From: Rhodospirillaceae bacterium
GTDB lineage: Bacteria; Pseudomonadota; Alphaproteobacteria; SMXQ01
NCBI GenBank assembly: GCA_947474495.1
Contig: CANJIM010000001.1
Location: 27,939 to 91,938 of the forward strand
DNA length: 64,000 bases
Direction of reading: 5' to 3'
Each line of letters begins with the position of its first letter. The first letter of the stretch is position 1. Shown one piece after another: positions 39,032-48,538 of this stretch. A program made the position numbers and the translations under genes. The notes beneath the pieces are model-generated. The model was given only the letters and a program-made list of their open reading frames with translations, ran no database searches and had not been told where the DNA came from.

Positions 39032-40453
39032 TTGATGGACGATAACAAGAAGCACGTCGCCTTCGGTGGCCGCCTGGTCATCATTGGGTTCGGCTCGATC
39101 GGCCAGGGCGTTCTGCCGCTGGTGCTGCGCCATATCGCCATGCCGCGCGAGAACATCGCGATCGTCACGGCGGAGGAGCGCGGCCGCGAGGTCGCCGCTG
39201 AGTACGGCGTGCGCTTCATCATCGACCCGCTGACGCGCGACAATTACCGCCAGATCCTGGCGCCGCTGCTGTCGGCTGGCGACTTCCTGCTCAATCTGTC
39301 GGTCGACGTCTCCTCCGTGGCGCTGATCGAATTCGCCCACGAGCGCGGCGCGCTTTATCTCGACACCTGCCTGGAACCCTGGGCCGGCGGCTATACCGAC
39401 GCCTCCCTGACGCCGTCGCAGCGTTCGAACTATGCGCTGCGTGAAACCGCGCTCGCGCTGATGCCGCGCTTTGCCGGCGGCGCGACCGCCGTGGTGACCC
39501 ATGGCGCGAACCCGGGCCTCGTCTCGCATTTCGTCAAGGAAGCCCTGCTGAACATCGCCCGCGATACGGGCCATAAGGTCCGCACGCCGCGCGACCGCGT
39601 GGGTTGGGCGCTGCTGGCGCGCGATCTCGACGTGAAGGTCATCCATATCGCCGAGCGCGACACCCAGGCGGCCGACCAGTCCAAGCAGCAGGACGAGTTC
39701 GTGAACACCTGGTCGATCGACGGCTTCGTCGGCGAGGGCCAGCAGCCGGCCGAGCTCGGCTGGGGCAGCCACGAGCTGCATTTCCCGATCGACGGCGGCC
39801 GCCACGACTTCGGCGGCGGCGCGGCGATCTATCTGAACCGGCCGGGCGCCGAGACCCGCGTGCGCACCTGGACGCCCCTGGAAGGCCCCTTCCACGGTTT
39901 CCTGGTGACCCATAGCGAAGCGATCTCGATCGCCGACTACTACTCACTGGTCGATAGCGGCACCGTCCACTACCGCCCGACCGTGCATTACGCCTACCAC
40001 CCCTGCGACGACGCGATCTTGTCGCTGCATGAGTTGGCCGGCAAGAACTGGGCCCTGCAGTCGAACAAGCGCCTCTTGATGGCGGATATCGCGCAGGGTA
40101 CCGACGAGCTTGGCGTGCTCCTGATGGGCCATGCCAAGGGCGCCTACTGGTACGGCTCGCGTCTGTCGATCGACGCGGCGCGCGAGCTCGTACCGCACAA
40201 CAACGCCACCAGCCTGCAGGTCACTGCTGCAGTGCTCGGCGGCATGATTTGGGCGATGGAAAATCCGCGCTCGGGTGTGGTCGAAGCCGACCAGCTCGAT
40301 CACAAGCGGGTCATGGACATCGCTCGTCCCTATCTCGGCGAACTGGTCGGCGAATACTCCGACTGGACCCCGCTCGAGGGCCGTACGCAGTTGTTCCCGG
40401 AGGAGCTCGATCCCTCCGATCCCTGGCAATTTAAAAATTTCCGCGTCGCCTGA
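39032..40453 (+). CDS. hss: Homospermidine synthase (bacterial type)
   Basis: 473 aa, N-terminal Rossmann LVIIGFGSIGQG, length and internal motifs (HGANPGLVSHF, WSIDGF) match bacterial HSS. Confidence 0.85.
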   Translation: MMDDNKKHVAFGGRLVIIGFGSIGQGVLPLVLRHIAMPRENIAIVTAEERGREVAAEYGVRFIIDPLTRDNYRQILAPLLSAGDFLLNLSVDVSSVALIEFAHERGALYLDTCLEPWAGGYTDASLTPSQRSNYALRETALALMPRFAGGATAVVTHGANPGLVSHFVKEALLNIARDTGHKVRTPRDRVGWALLARDLDVKVIHIAERDTQAADQSKQQDEFVNTWSIDGFVGEGQQPAELGWGSHELHFPIDGGRHDFGGGAAIYLNRPGAETRVRTWTPLEGPFHGFLVTHSEAISIADYYSLVDSGTVHYRPTVHYAYHPCDDAILSLHELAGKNWALQSNKRLLMADIAQGTDELGVLLMGHAKGAYWYGSRLSIDAARELVPHNNATSLQVTAAVLGGMIWAMENPRSGVVEADQLDHKRVMDIARPYLGELVGEYSDWTPLEGRTQLFPEELDPSDPWQFKNFRVA

Positions 40454-40486
40454 GACGCGAACGGAAATAGAAGGAGCTCCCCCGCT

Positions 40487-41614
40487 ATGACCAAGAAGAT
40501 CGACCGTTTCCTCGATGAGCGACGACCGGCCACTCCCTGCCTCGTGATGGACCTCGACGTGGTTGCGGACAATTACCGCAAGCTGCGCCGCGCCGTTCCC
40601 CGCGCCGGCATCTATTACGCCGTGAAGGCCAACCCGGCGCCGGAGATCTTGAAGCTCCTGGCGAAAGCCGGCTCGTCCTTCGACACGGCGAGCATCAACG
40701 AGATCGACATGGTCTTGGCCACTGGCGCCTCGGCTGACCGCATCTCGTTCGGCAATACGATCAAGAAGAAGACCGACATCGCCGCCGCTTATGGCCGCGG
40801 CGTGAAGCTCTACGCCTTCGACTCGGAAGCCGAGCTCGGCAAGATCTCCGACGCGGCCCCCGGCTCGCGCGTGTTCTGCCGCATCCTGACCTCCGGCGCC
40901 AACGCCGACTGGCCGCTGTCGCGCAAGTTCGGCTGCGACGTCGAGATGGCGCGCAAGCTGCTGATCGAAGCGGCCAAGCGCGATGTCATCCCCTATGGCG
41001 TGTCCTTCCACGTCGGTTCGCAGCAGCGCGACCCGAACCAGTGGGACGCCGCCGTGGCCCAGGCCGCTTGGCTGTTCCGCGAGTGCGAGCAGGCGGGCGT
41101 GCAGCTCTCCATGCTCAACATCGGCGGCGGCTTCCCGACGCGCTATCGCAAGACGGTGCCGGGCATGAGCAGCTATGGCGCCGCCATCGACGAATCGTTG
41201 AGCCGCCACTTCGGCAACCGGATCCCCGACATCATCGTCGAGCCGGGCCGTCAGATGGTCGGCAGCGCCGGCGTCATCCAGACCGAGGTCGTGCTGATCT
41301 CGAAGAAGGCCGACAACGACACCAAGCGTTGGGTCTATCTCGACATCGGCAAGTTCGGCGGCCTCGCCGAGACGATGGACGAAGCGATCCAGTACCCGAT
41401 CGTGTCGTCGCGCGACGGCGCGGTGTCGCCCGTCGTGCTGGCCGGCCCGACCTGCGACTCGGCCGACATTCTTTACGAAAAGGCCGACTACCGCCTGCCC
41501 GAGACCCTGGAGATCGGCGATAAGCTCGAAATCCGCTCGACCGGCGCCTACACGACGACCTACGCCTCGGTCGCCTTCAACGGCTTCGAACCGCTGAAGT
41601 GCTACTGCGTCTAA
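40487..41614 (+). CDS. odc: Ornithine (or Lys/Orn) decarboxylase, alanine-racemase-fold PLP enzyme
   Basis: 375 aa, PLP lysine context YAVKANP, GGGFP, EPGR and C-terminal CDSxD substrate-binding motif of eukaryote-type ODC/DapDC fold. Confidence 0.8.
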   Translation: MTKKIDRFLDERRPATPCLVMDLDVVADNYRKLRRAVPRAGIYYAVKANPAPEILKLLAKAGSSFDTASINEIDMVLATGASADRISFGNTIKKKTDIAAAYGRGVKLYAFDSEAELGKISDAAPGSRVFCRILTSGANADWPLSRKFGCDVEMARKLLIEAAKRDVIPYGVSFHVGSQQRDPNQWDAAVAQAAWLFRECEQAGVQLSMLNIGGGFPTRYRKTVPGMSSYGAAIDESLSRHFGNRIPDIIVEPGRQMVGSAGVIQTEVVLISKKADNDTKRWVYLDIGKFGGLAETMDEAIQYPIVSSRDGAVSPVVLAGPTCDSADILYEKADYRLPETLEIGDKLEIRSTGAYTTTYASVAFNGFEPLKCYCV

Positions 41615-41639
41615 CCGCGCGGTAATTGAGGCATAAAGC

Positions 41640-41692
41640 GCCGCCGGATCGCCCTGCCAGGGAGCCGATCCGGCGGCGCTGTCGTTTCAAGG
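41640..41692 (+). terminator. Rho-independent terminator after odc
   Basis: GCGCCGCCGGAUCG-loop-CGAUCCGGCGGCGC followed by UGUCGUUUC. Confidence 0.6.
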
Positions 41693-41720
41693 GCAGGAAA
41701 CCGACAACCCGGAGGCCGGC

Positions 41721-41951
41721 ATGTTCGAGATCGTGGTCATCGTTATTCTCGTTTTGGGCTGCGGCTATGTCCTGTGGTCCTGGATCAACGGCAGCGGCAC
41801 CGATGGCGTGAACGCCGAGACTGGCAGCACCGAGACCGGCAGCGCCAACGAGATGGCCCCCACGACAGCGGCGAGCGCGAGCAACGGCGGCAACGACGCT
41901 GGTGGCGTTGGCAGCGGCGGTGGCGGTGGCGGTGGTGGCGACGGCGGATAA
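41721..41951 (+). CDS. Possible small membrane-anchored Gly/Ser/Thr-rich protein
   Basis: 76-aa ORF with N-terminal TM (IVVIVILVLGCGYVLW) then a low-complexity Gly-rich tail. Could also be non-coding low-complexity DNA. Confidence 0.3.
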   Translation: MFEIVVIVILVLGCGYVLWSWINGSGTDGVNAETGSTETGSANEMAPTTAASASNGGNDAGGVGSGGGGGGGGDGG

Positions 41952-42043
41952 CGCCGATCGCGCCCTGCGGAACTCCACAGCTTCAACGTTTTTCCCGTAT
42001 AATTTCTCGCATTGACCGCTCGCCCCCCAAGGAGCACCGCCCC

Positions 42044-42640
42044 ATGCGCCACTGGTTCCCACGTCTCGCCGCCCTCGCTTTCGTCGCCGTCGCCCTATCG
42101 GCCTGCGGCGTCAACAATGTGCCCAAGCTCGATGAGCAGGCCAAAGCGGCCTGGAGCCAGGTGCTCAATCAGTATCAGCGCCGCGCCGACCTGGTGCCGA
42201 ACCTGGTCGAGACGGTAAAGGGCTACGCCGCCCACGAGCGCGGTACGCTGGAAGCGGTGGTCGAGGCGCGCGCCAAGGCGACCCAGGCGCAGATCAACAT
42301 CCCGGCCGACGTGCTGACCAACCCCGACGCCTTCCGTCAGTTCCAGGCCGCGCAGGCAGGGCTCACCGGCAGCCTCGGCCGCCTGCTGGCGACCGTCGAG
42401 AACTATCCGGACCTCAAGGCGAGCCAGAACTTCATCTCGCTGCAGTCCCAGCTTGAAGGCACCGAGAACCGCATCGCCGTGGCGCGGCGCGACTACATCG
42501 TCGCCGTCCAGGCCTACAACACCGAGCTGCGCACCATTCCCGGCCGCTGGGTCGCCGCCGTCCTCTACCCGGACGCCAAGGTCAAACAGACCTTCGATAT
42601 CCCGGTGGAAAGCCAGGCGGCGCCGCAGGTGAAGTTCTGA
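42044..42640 (+). CDS. LemA-family protein (lipoprotein-like signal with LSACG lipobox)
   Basis: About 199 aa from MRHWFPRLAALAFVAVALSACG, the LemA core (QRRADLVPNLVETVKGYAAHE...TENRIAVARRDYI..YN). Confidence 0.85.
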   Translation: MRHWFPRLAALAFVAVALSACGVNNVPKLDEQAKAAWSQVLNQYQRRADLVPNLVETVKGYAAHERGTLEAVVEARAKATQAQINIPADVLTNPDAFRQFQAAQAGLTGSLGRLLATVENYPDLKASQNFISLQSQLEGTENRIAVARRDYIVAVQAYNTELRTIPGRWVAAVLYPDAKVKQTFDIPVESQAAPQVKF

Positions 42641-42654
42641 ACGGGCAACGCCCA

Positions 42655-43431
42655 ATGCGGCGGCTGCGAACGGTCCTCTACGCCGCGCTGGCGCTTGGTT
42701 TCATGGGCCAGGCCGCCATCGCGGCCAGCGAGCCTAAATTTCCGGCCCTCACGGGGCGCGTCGTCGACGCCGCCGGCATCCTGTCGCCGCAGGCCGAGGC
42801 GGCGCTGACGAGCGATCTGGCGGGCTTCGAGGCCGCCACCAAGCGCCAGGTCGTCGTCGCCACCCTGCCCGACCTGCAGGGCTACGCCATCGACGATTTC
42901 GGCACCCGTCTCGGCCGCGCCTGGGGCATCGGCGAGAAGGGCAAGAACACCGGCGCGCTGATCATCGTCGCGCCCAAGGACCGCGCTGTGCGCATCGAGG
43001 TCGGCTACGGCCTCGAGGGCGAGCTGACCGACGCCCAGGCCAGCGCTATCATCCAGCAGCTCATGCTGCCGCGCTTTCGCACCGGCGATTACGACGGCGG
43101 CGTGGGCGCCGGCACCGCCGCCGTGCTGAGCGCACTCGGCTGGAAAGCGGGCCCCAAGGCGCCCGCCGTGCAGCAGCAGAGCGGTGGACTTCCGCTCGGT
43201 CTGTTCGGCCTGTTTTTCATCTTCTTCATCATCATGGCGATCCAGCGCATGCGGGGCATCGGCGGCAACAGCGGGCCTTGGGGCGGGCGACGCGGCTGGA
43301 ACAACCGCTCGATCGGGGGCTTCGGGGGCTTCGGCGGCTTCGGTGGTGGGGGATTCGGCGGCGGCGGCTCGGGCGGCTTTGGCGGTGGCGGCGGATCGTT
43401 CGGCGGCGGCGGGGCGTCCGGCCGATGGTAG
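42655..43431 (+). CDS. TPM-domain protein (YgcG-like) with C-terminal TM helix and Gly-rich tail
   Basis: Signal peptide, the TPM_phosphatase core (VVVATLPDLQGYAIDDF...IIVAPKDRAVRIEVGYGLEG), TM (LGLFGLFFIFFIIMAI) and a GGFGG-repeat tail. Confidence 0.8.
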   Translation: MRRLRTVLYAALALGFMGQAAIAASEPKFPALTGRVVDAAGILSPQAEAALTSDLAGFEAATKRQVVVATLPDLQGYAIDDFGTRLGRAWGIGEKGKNTGALIIVAPKDRAVRIEVGYGLEGELTDAQASAIIQQLMLPRFRTGDYDGGVGAGTAAVLSALGWKAGPKAPAVQQQSGGLPLGLFGLFFIFFIIMAIQRMRGIGGNSGPWGGRRGWNNRSIGGFGGFGGFGGGGFGGGGSGGFGGGGGSFGGGGASGRW

Positions 43432-44045
43432 CCCTCACGCTCTCCGAGACGGATAAGCGCCGCATCGAATCCGCCGTGGCCGAGATCGAGGCCCATTCTT
43501 CGGCCGAGATTCTCGTGGTGACCGCTCATAGCGCCAGCGACTATGCCGACGCCGTAGCCCTTGGCGCCGCCGCTGCAGCCCTTCTCGGGGGCGCACTTGC
43601 GGCCGTCTTGTGGCCCATCCCGGCGCTGACCATTGTCGCCGGGCAGATGGCCGTCTTCGCCGTCGCCTGGATTGCCCTGACGTTCGGGCGCGCCGGTCAT
43701 TGGCTGGTTCCCCAGGCTGTGCACATGCTGCGCGCCAAGCGCGCGGCGGCGCTGGAATTCGCTCGGCTCGTCAACGCGCAAACCGCCGACAAGCGCGGCC
43801 TGCTGATCTATCTCTCGTTCGCCGAGCGCCATATCGAGATCCTTGCCGACAGCGGCATCGCCCGCATCGTGCCGGACGCGCGCTGGCAAGACATCATCGA
43901 CTCCTTCCCGACGGCGCTGCGCGAACGGTCGTTGGGCGATGCGCTGGTCGAGACCGTGCAACGTTGCGGTGGCATATTGACGTCGTCCTTCCCGCCTCAA
44001 GCCGGCCAACGCAACGAAATGACGGACCGCATCGTCGAACGATGA
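43425..44045 (+). CDS. Second TPM-domain protein (membrane-associated)
   Basis: Overlaps the previous stop (ATGGTAG). EILVVTAHSASDYADA...IYLSFAERHIEILADSG TPM core. Confidence 0.75.
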   Translation: MVALTLSETDKRRIESAVAEIEAHSSAEILVVTAHSASDYADAVALGAAAAALLGGALAAVLWPIPALTIVAGQMAVFAVAWIALTFGRAGHWLVPQAVHMLRAKRAAALEFARLVNAQTADKRGLLIYLSFAERHIEILADSGIARIVPDARWQDIIDSFPTALRERSLGDALVETVQRCGGILTSSFPPQAGQRNEMTDRIVER

Positions 44046-44093
44046 TCAAGATGTGAGCGGAACCAGCCAAGGACGCGAGGCGTTACTGTTTGC

Positions 44094-46139
44094 ATGACCT
44101 TAAATTCGCCCTCACAGCTGCTCTCCTGGCGCCCGCGCTGGACAGTCCCCCGCATTTTGGCGGGAATTTTCGCCCTGCTTGTCATCGGGATCGCCGTCTT
44201 CCTGGTTTTCTTTAATTGGAACCTGCTGCGGCCCATGGTCGAGCGGCAGGCCTCGCACGCCCTTGGACGTCCCGTTACGATCGGCAGTTTCGACGTGAGC
44301 CTGCGCCGCGAAAGCTGGATCGAGATGCACGACATCACCGTCGCCAATGCGCCGGGTTTCGAAGGTCCGCATCTCGCGACGATCGACCGCGTCGCGATCC
44401 AGGTCCGAACCTTCCCGCTCCTGATCGGCCGCATCGAAATCCCCGAGATCGCCGTGCTGCGCCCCAAAGGACGCATTGAGACCAACGCTGCCGGCAAGAA
44501 CAATTACACGTTCGATATGAACAAGGATGGCGGTGACAGCGGTCCTAATATCGTCCTCGGCCATCTCACCATCGACGATGCCGACATCCGTTACATCGAC
44601 GTGCCGAACAAGACCGATCTCAAGCTGCATGCCCAGACCGATAAGCTCGGCGCCAAGGAACCGATTGTGAAGGTGACCGGCGACGGTCGCTACAACGGCC
44701 AGCCGAGCAAGCTCAATCTCCAGGGCGGCGCGCTGCTCGCCTTCCGCGATCCGACCATTGCCTACCCTGTCGATTTCGCTGCCGATGTCGGCCGCACCCA
44801 CGCCAAGATCAAGGGCACCATTGAGCGGCCGCTCGACTTCAAGGGCGCCAAGCTGCAGCTCGACATCTCCGGCGACAGCATGAGTGAGCTTTACCCTCTG
44901 ATTGGCTTGCCGATCCCGGCGACGCCGCCCTACACCCTCAAGGGCGGCCTCGATTTCGCCGGCAAGATCATCGTGTTCCAGAACTTCGCCGGCACGGTCG
45001 GCAACAGCGATCTCGGCGGCGACTTCGCCGTCAATCTCGAGAACGCGCGGCCGAAAATGACCGGCTATTTGATCTCCAACAAAGTCGTGCTCGCCGATTT
45101 GGCCGGCTTCATCGGCGCCCCGCCGGGCAAAGAGGACGATCCGAAAAGCAACACCGCCACGCACAAGGCGATCGAACAGAAGGCCGACGCCACCGGCCGC
45201 CTATTGCCGACCGAGCCGCTCGCGCTCGATAAGCTGCGCGCATTCGACGTCGACGTGGTGTTGCGCGGCGAACGCATCGAGTCGGATTTCACGCCTCTCG
45301 ATAAGCTGAAAGCCACGCTCAAGATTGATGACGGCTTTCTAACATTGAAGCCACTGGCCTTCGGCATTGGTGACGGCACCATCGACATGAATATGGATCT
45401 CGATGGCCGCAAGAATCCGGCAGCGGTGGATTTCACCGCCGAGTTCAAGAACGTCGATCTCAAACGCATCATGCAGGAGACGCAACTCTTCCAAGGCGTC
45501 GGCCGCATCGCCGGCAACACCCGTATCGTCACGACCGGCAATTCGATCTCCGATATGCTCGGGCGCGGCGACGGCGAGCTGCAACTCTTTATGGAGGGCG
45601 GCACCTTTAGCAAGCTGCTGCTCGAACTGGTCGGCCTCGATGTCACCGAAGCTCTCGGCTTCCTACTCGAAGGCCAAGACAGGCAGGCCGAATTGCGCTG
45701 CTTGATCGCCGATATGAAGCTGCAGAAAGGCATCTTGACGCCTGACACCCTGTTGCTCGACACCAGCGACACCAACATCAACGTCACCGGCGGCATCAAC
45801 CTGCGCGACGAGACGATGGATCTGCGCATCGTGCCGGCCCCAAAGGATATGAGCATCTTGACGCTGCGCGGCCCGATTCGCGTCGATGGGCCGATGCGCA
45901 ATCCCGGCATCCAGCCGGAAGCCGGCAATCTCGCCGGCCGCACCACGGCGGCGGTCCTGCTCGGGATTTTGCTGACGCCGCTCGCCGCCATCATTCCGAC
46001 CATTGAACTCGGTCTCGGCGAAGACAGCGATTGCACGGGCCTCATCAAAGAAGTCCGCATCAAGGCCGCCGAGCGCAATATGCCGATTCAGGTGCCGACC
46101 AAGCCGGCCGCGGCGCCGCCCTTCGCGCCGACGAAATAA
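44094..46139 (+). CDS. AsmA-family outer-membrane-assembly protein
   Basis: 681 aa, N-terminal TM anchor, long beta-rich AsmA/AsmA_2 body, Pro/Ala-rich C-terminus. Confidence 0.75.
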   Translation: MTLNSPSQLLSWRPRWTVPRILAGIFALLVIGIAVFLVFFNWNLLRPMVERQASHALGRPVTIGSFDVSLRRESWIEMHDITVANAPGFEGPHLATIDRVAIQVRTFPLLIGRIEIPEIAVLRPKGRIETNAAGKNNYTFDMNKDGGDSGPNIVLGHLTIDDADIRYIDVPNKTDLKLHAQTDKLGAKEPIVKVTGDGRYNGQPSKLNLQGGALLAFRDPTIAYPVDFAADVGRTHAKIKGTIERPLDFKGAKLQLDISGDSMSELYPLIGLPIPATPPYTLKGGLDFAGKIIVFQNFAGTVGNSDLGGDFAVNLENARPKMTGYLISNKVVLADLAGFIGAPPGKEDDPKSNTATHKAIEQKADATGRLLPTEPLALDKLRAFDVDVVLRGERIESDFTPLDKLKATLKIDDGFLTLKPLAFGIGDGTIDMNMDLDGRKNPAAVDFTAEFKNVDLKRIMQETQLFQGVGRIAGNTRIVTTGNSISDMLGRGDGELQLFMEGGTFSKLLLELVGLDVTEALGFLLEGQDRQAELRCLIADMKLQKGILTPDTLLLDTSDTNINVTGGINLRDETMDLRIVPAPKDMSILTLRGPIRVDGPMRNPGIQPEAGNLAGRTTAAVLLGILLTPLAAIIPTIELGLGEDSDCTGLIKEVRIKAAERNMPIQVPTKPAAAPPFAPTK

Positions 46140-46142
46140 CGC

Positions 46143-46661
46143 TTAAGCGAGCAGACGCTGCATATAGCGCGCCGACGAGTCATAACTCGCCAGCTTGGCG
46201 GTCAGCGCCGGCACATCGACGACGCGAAATCCCTGCTTCTCCCAGAACGCCTGCGTGCCGGCGATGGCGACGATCGATATCGTCGCGAAGCCTGCCGCAG
46301 CCGCATGAGCGGCCAGCGCTGCGACGCAAGATTGCGCCGCGCCATGGCCGCGTGCGGCGGGCATCAGCGCAATATCATGAATGTAGTAAGTATCGGCGTC
46401 TCGCGGCACTGCGCCGAGCAGGCTGTCGAGCGTCGGTATGCTCTTCTGCATCCATGGATGACTCGCGACATATCCCTCTATGTCGCCTGCATCATCGACC
46501 AACACGCGGCTTCCTGCCGGGTACAACCGCAGACGCTCGGCGAAGACAGCATCCGCTTCGGGATAGAGCGGATGCACGACTGCGGCGACGCGCGCGACCG
46601 CCGACAAATCCGCGACGCGCATCTCACGCCAGCGTGAAGTTTTTTCCGCATTCCTCATCAT
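46143..46661 (-). CDS. GNAT-family N-acetyltransferase
   Basis: 172 aa, acetyl-CoA-binding motif A (IALMPAARGHGAAQSCVAAL) and GNAT fold order. Confidence 0.75.
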   Translation of the reverse strand: MMRNAEKTSRWREMRVADLSAVARVAAVVHPLYPEADAVFAERLRLYPAGSRVLVDDAGDIEGYVASHPWMQKSIPTLDSLLGAVPRDADTYYIHDIALMPAARGHGAAQSCVAALAAHAAAAGFATISIVAIAGTQAFWEKQGFRVVDVPALTAKLASYDSSARYMQRLLA

Positions 46662-46759
46662 AGTTCCGCACCTGATCGGCTCATCTTCCTATTCTCCGGG
46701 AACTTTCGGGTTATGTGTAGCGCGGATGTCACGCATCGGTCCCCGTGCGCACAAATGCC

Positions 46760-46784
46760 GGAACGGTAAGCGCAACCTCTCGTT
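46760..46784 (+). promoter_or_regulatory. EcfG-type promoter motif GGAAC-N16-CGTT upstream of the outer-membrane beta-barrel gene
   Basis: + strand GGAACggtaagcgcaacctctCGTT, about 95 nt upstream of ATG 46879. Confidence 0.55.
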
Positions 46785-46878
46785 GTTCCAAAGTTCGTCG
46801 ACGGCCGCGCATGAACGCGGGGCCGCCGGAATCTGCTCCCGCCGTACTGCGGGATTTTTGCGAGAGGACTCCCCCACC

Positions 46879-47415
46879 ATGAAACGTCTTTTGATAGCGA
46901 CCGCCTTCCTGGCATTGGCACCGTTTGCCGCGCAGGCCCAATCGGCCAGCGACATCGTCGGCCCGCGCGAAGGCAGCCAGGAAATCACCCTGTCGGGCAC
47001 CGGCGGCAACAACAACGATTTTAACGCCGGCAGCTTCGGCATCAGCGGCAGCTACGGCTACTACTTCACGCCGGCCTTCGAAGGCGGCCTTCGCCAAACT
47101 CTGAGCTGGTCCGGCGGCGACAATACCGACGACAACTGGAGCGGCTCGACCCGCTTCTTCGTCGATTATCACTTCAATACGACCGGCAAGTTCAAGCCCT
47201 TCGTCGGCTTGAGCCTCGGCGGCACCTATGGCGACGGCGTTCCGGACACTGGCTTCGGCGGCCCTGAAGCCGGCATTAAGTATTATGTGAACGCGACGAC
47301 CTTCGTCCTCGCGCAGACGGAATATCAGTATTATTTCAACAGCGGGGATAGCGCCGCGAACAACTTTGACGACGGCGCCTTCGTCCACACCATCGGTCTC
47401 GGCTTCATTTTCTAA
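46879..47415 (+). CDS. Small outer-membrane beta-barrel protein (OmpW/OmpA-like 8-strand barrel family)
   Basis: Signal peptide MKRLLIATAFLALAPFAAQA, alternating aromatic/Gly beta-strand pattern, C-terminal Phe (GLGFIF). Confidence 0.75.
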   Translation: MKRLLIATAFLALAPFAAQAQSASDIVGPREGSQEITLSGTGGNNNDFNAGSFGISGSYGYYFTPAFEGGLRQTLSWSGGDNTDDNWSGSTRFFVDYHFNTTGKFKPFVGLSLGGTYGDGVPDTGFGGPEAGIKYYVNATTFVLAQTEYQYYFNSGDSAANNFDDGAFVHTIGLGFIF

Positions 47416-47432
47416 AGCCGACGTCGCGAACG

Positions 47433-47471
47433 AAAAAGGCCGGCTCCCCTCGGGCGCCGGCCTTTTTTTGA
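47433..47471. terminator. Bidirectional rho-independent terminator between convergent genes
   Basis: AAAAAGGCCGGCUCCCCUCGGGCGCCGGCCUUUUUUUG: GC-rich hairpin flanked by an A-run and a U-run. Confidence 0.85.
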
Positions 47472-47483
47472 TGTCGGGGAGGC

Positions 47484-47900
47484 TTACAACCCGAAGGCGC
47501 GCGCCAGGCGGCTGCCGATCAGGAGGGCCAGCACCGAAGCGAGACCGGTCAGCACCGCGCCCCACACCATGTCGGCGAGCGTGACGTTGAGCGACCAATT
47601 CCGCAATGTCGCCAGATTGGTCAGGTTGTAAGTGGCGTAGGCGCAGAGGCCGAACAAGGCGCCGCGCCACAGGGCGTCCTGCCATTGGCCGGATTTCAGG
47701 GCCGGCGCCAGAACCAGGCCGACCACGCCGACCGCGTAGATGACATAGAAGATTCCCGCCGGAACCGGGCGAAAGCCATCGGCCAGCAAACTGCCGAGTT
47801 CGGGCTTGTAGAGGCGGTTGACCATCGTCAGCAGCCAGACGGCATCGAGTCCGAGCAGCAGTAGCAGCACGAGCACATAGTGCAGAAGGTAGACGGCCAT
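47484..47900 (-). CDS. DUF2177-family membrane protein
   Basis: 138 aa, four TM helices, conserved DUF2177-like pattern. Confidence 0.6.
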   Translation of the reverse strand: MAVYLLHYVLVLLLLLGLDAVWLLTMVNRLYKPELGSLLADGFRPVPAGIFYVIYAVGVVGLVLAPALKSGQWQDALWRGALFGLCAYATYNLTNLATLRNWSLNVTLADMVWGAVLTGLASVLALLIGSRLARAFGL

Positions 47901-48486
47901 GACGCTCTCCTTTGCCGGACAATGGAACCGGATGGTGTGACGGCTAGCTTAGATCACCGGAACGACAAGGTGGGCGCCACGTTGACCTCGCGCGACCCCC
48001 GCCCGTCGCCCAGATCTCATCCCAGGGCCATGCGGCTTATACGGCGCGGCTCGCCAGGAGGATGCTTGAGAATGCCCACGAAAGATGCCCCGAGGACGCC
48101 CTCTAGGATATCGACCGGCTCGATAGCGGCCAAACGCCTGTCGGCACTGCATTTTGAGGACGATGTGAAAATCCAGCCCGCCGCCTTTGTCAGTGCCGCC
48201 GACAGCTTACGGAGGAAAATTCGAGCCTGCGCCGCGCGCAGCTTCGCGGCGCAGCATAGAACGGCCGACACAGCGGCTGGTCTGAAGGATGGTGGGGAGA
48301 AGTCCCAGGCGGGCCTGCTTTCGCGGCAGACCATCCGCCGGATCCTGCTGGATGCGCCGAGGGCCTAGAGCTTAAGCCCGAAGGGAAAAGGGGCCCCAGA
48401 TGGGCCGCGGCTCGGTTTGCCGCACGGCGCCCGCAGAGCGCCGCTCAATCGCAAGACATATTAGACACAAGACAGATCGGACACTG

Positions 48487-48515
48487 GCGGTCCCGGCGGC
48501 ATGCCGCCGGGACGC
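48487..48515 (-). terminator. Probable terminator downstream of the HU gene
   Basis: Perfect 11-bp stem GUCCCGGCGGC-aug-GCCGCCGGGAC followed by a U-rich tract on the minus transcript. Confidence 0.6.
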
Positions 48516-48538
48516 GCGCAGAACGTCCGCAGAAAGCC

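Noticed and set aside
38948-41209. 321-aa and 421-aa - strand ORFs
   Set aside because: Antisense of hss and odc.
44112-46078. 350-aa and 337-aa - strand ORFs
   Set aside because: Antisense of the AsmA-family gene.
46729-47922. 397-aa - strand ORF
   Set aside because: It runs antisense through the beta-barrel gene, across the bidirectional terminator and into the DUF2177 gene frame. It is a chimeric artefact.
47880-48368. 162-aa + ORF between DUF2177 and HU (possible 99-aa product from ATG 48073)
   Set aside because: No recognisable domain, weak or distant RBS, Arg/Ala-rich. It could be real but I cannot support it.
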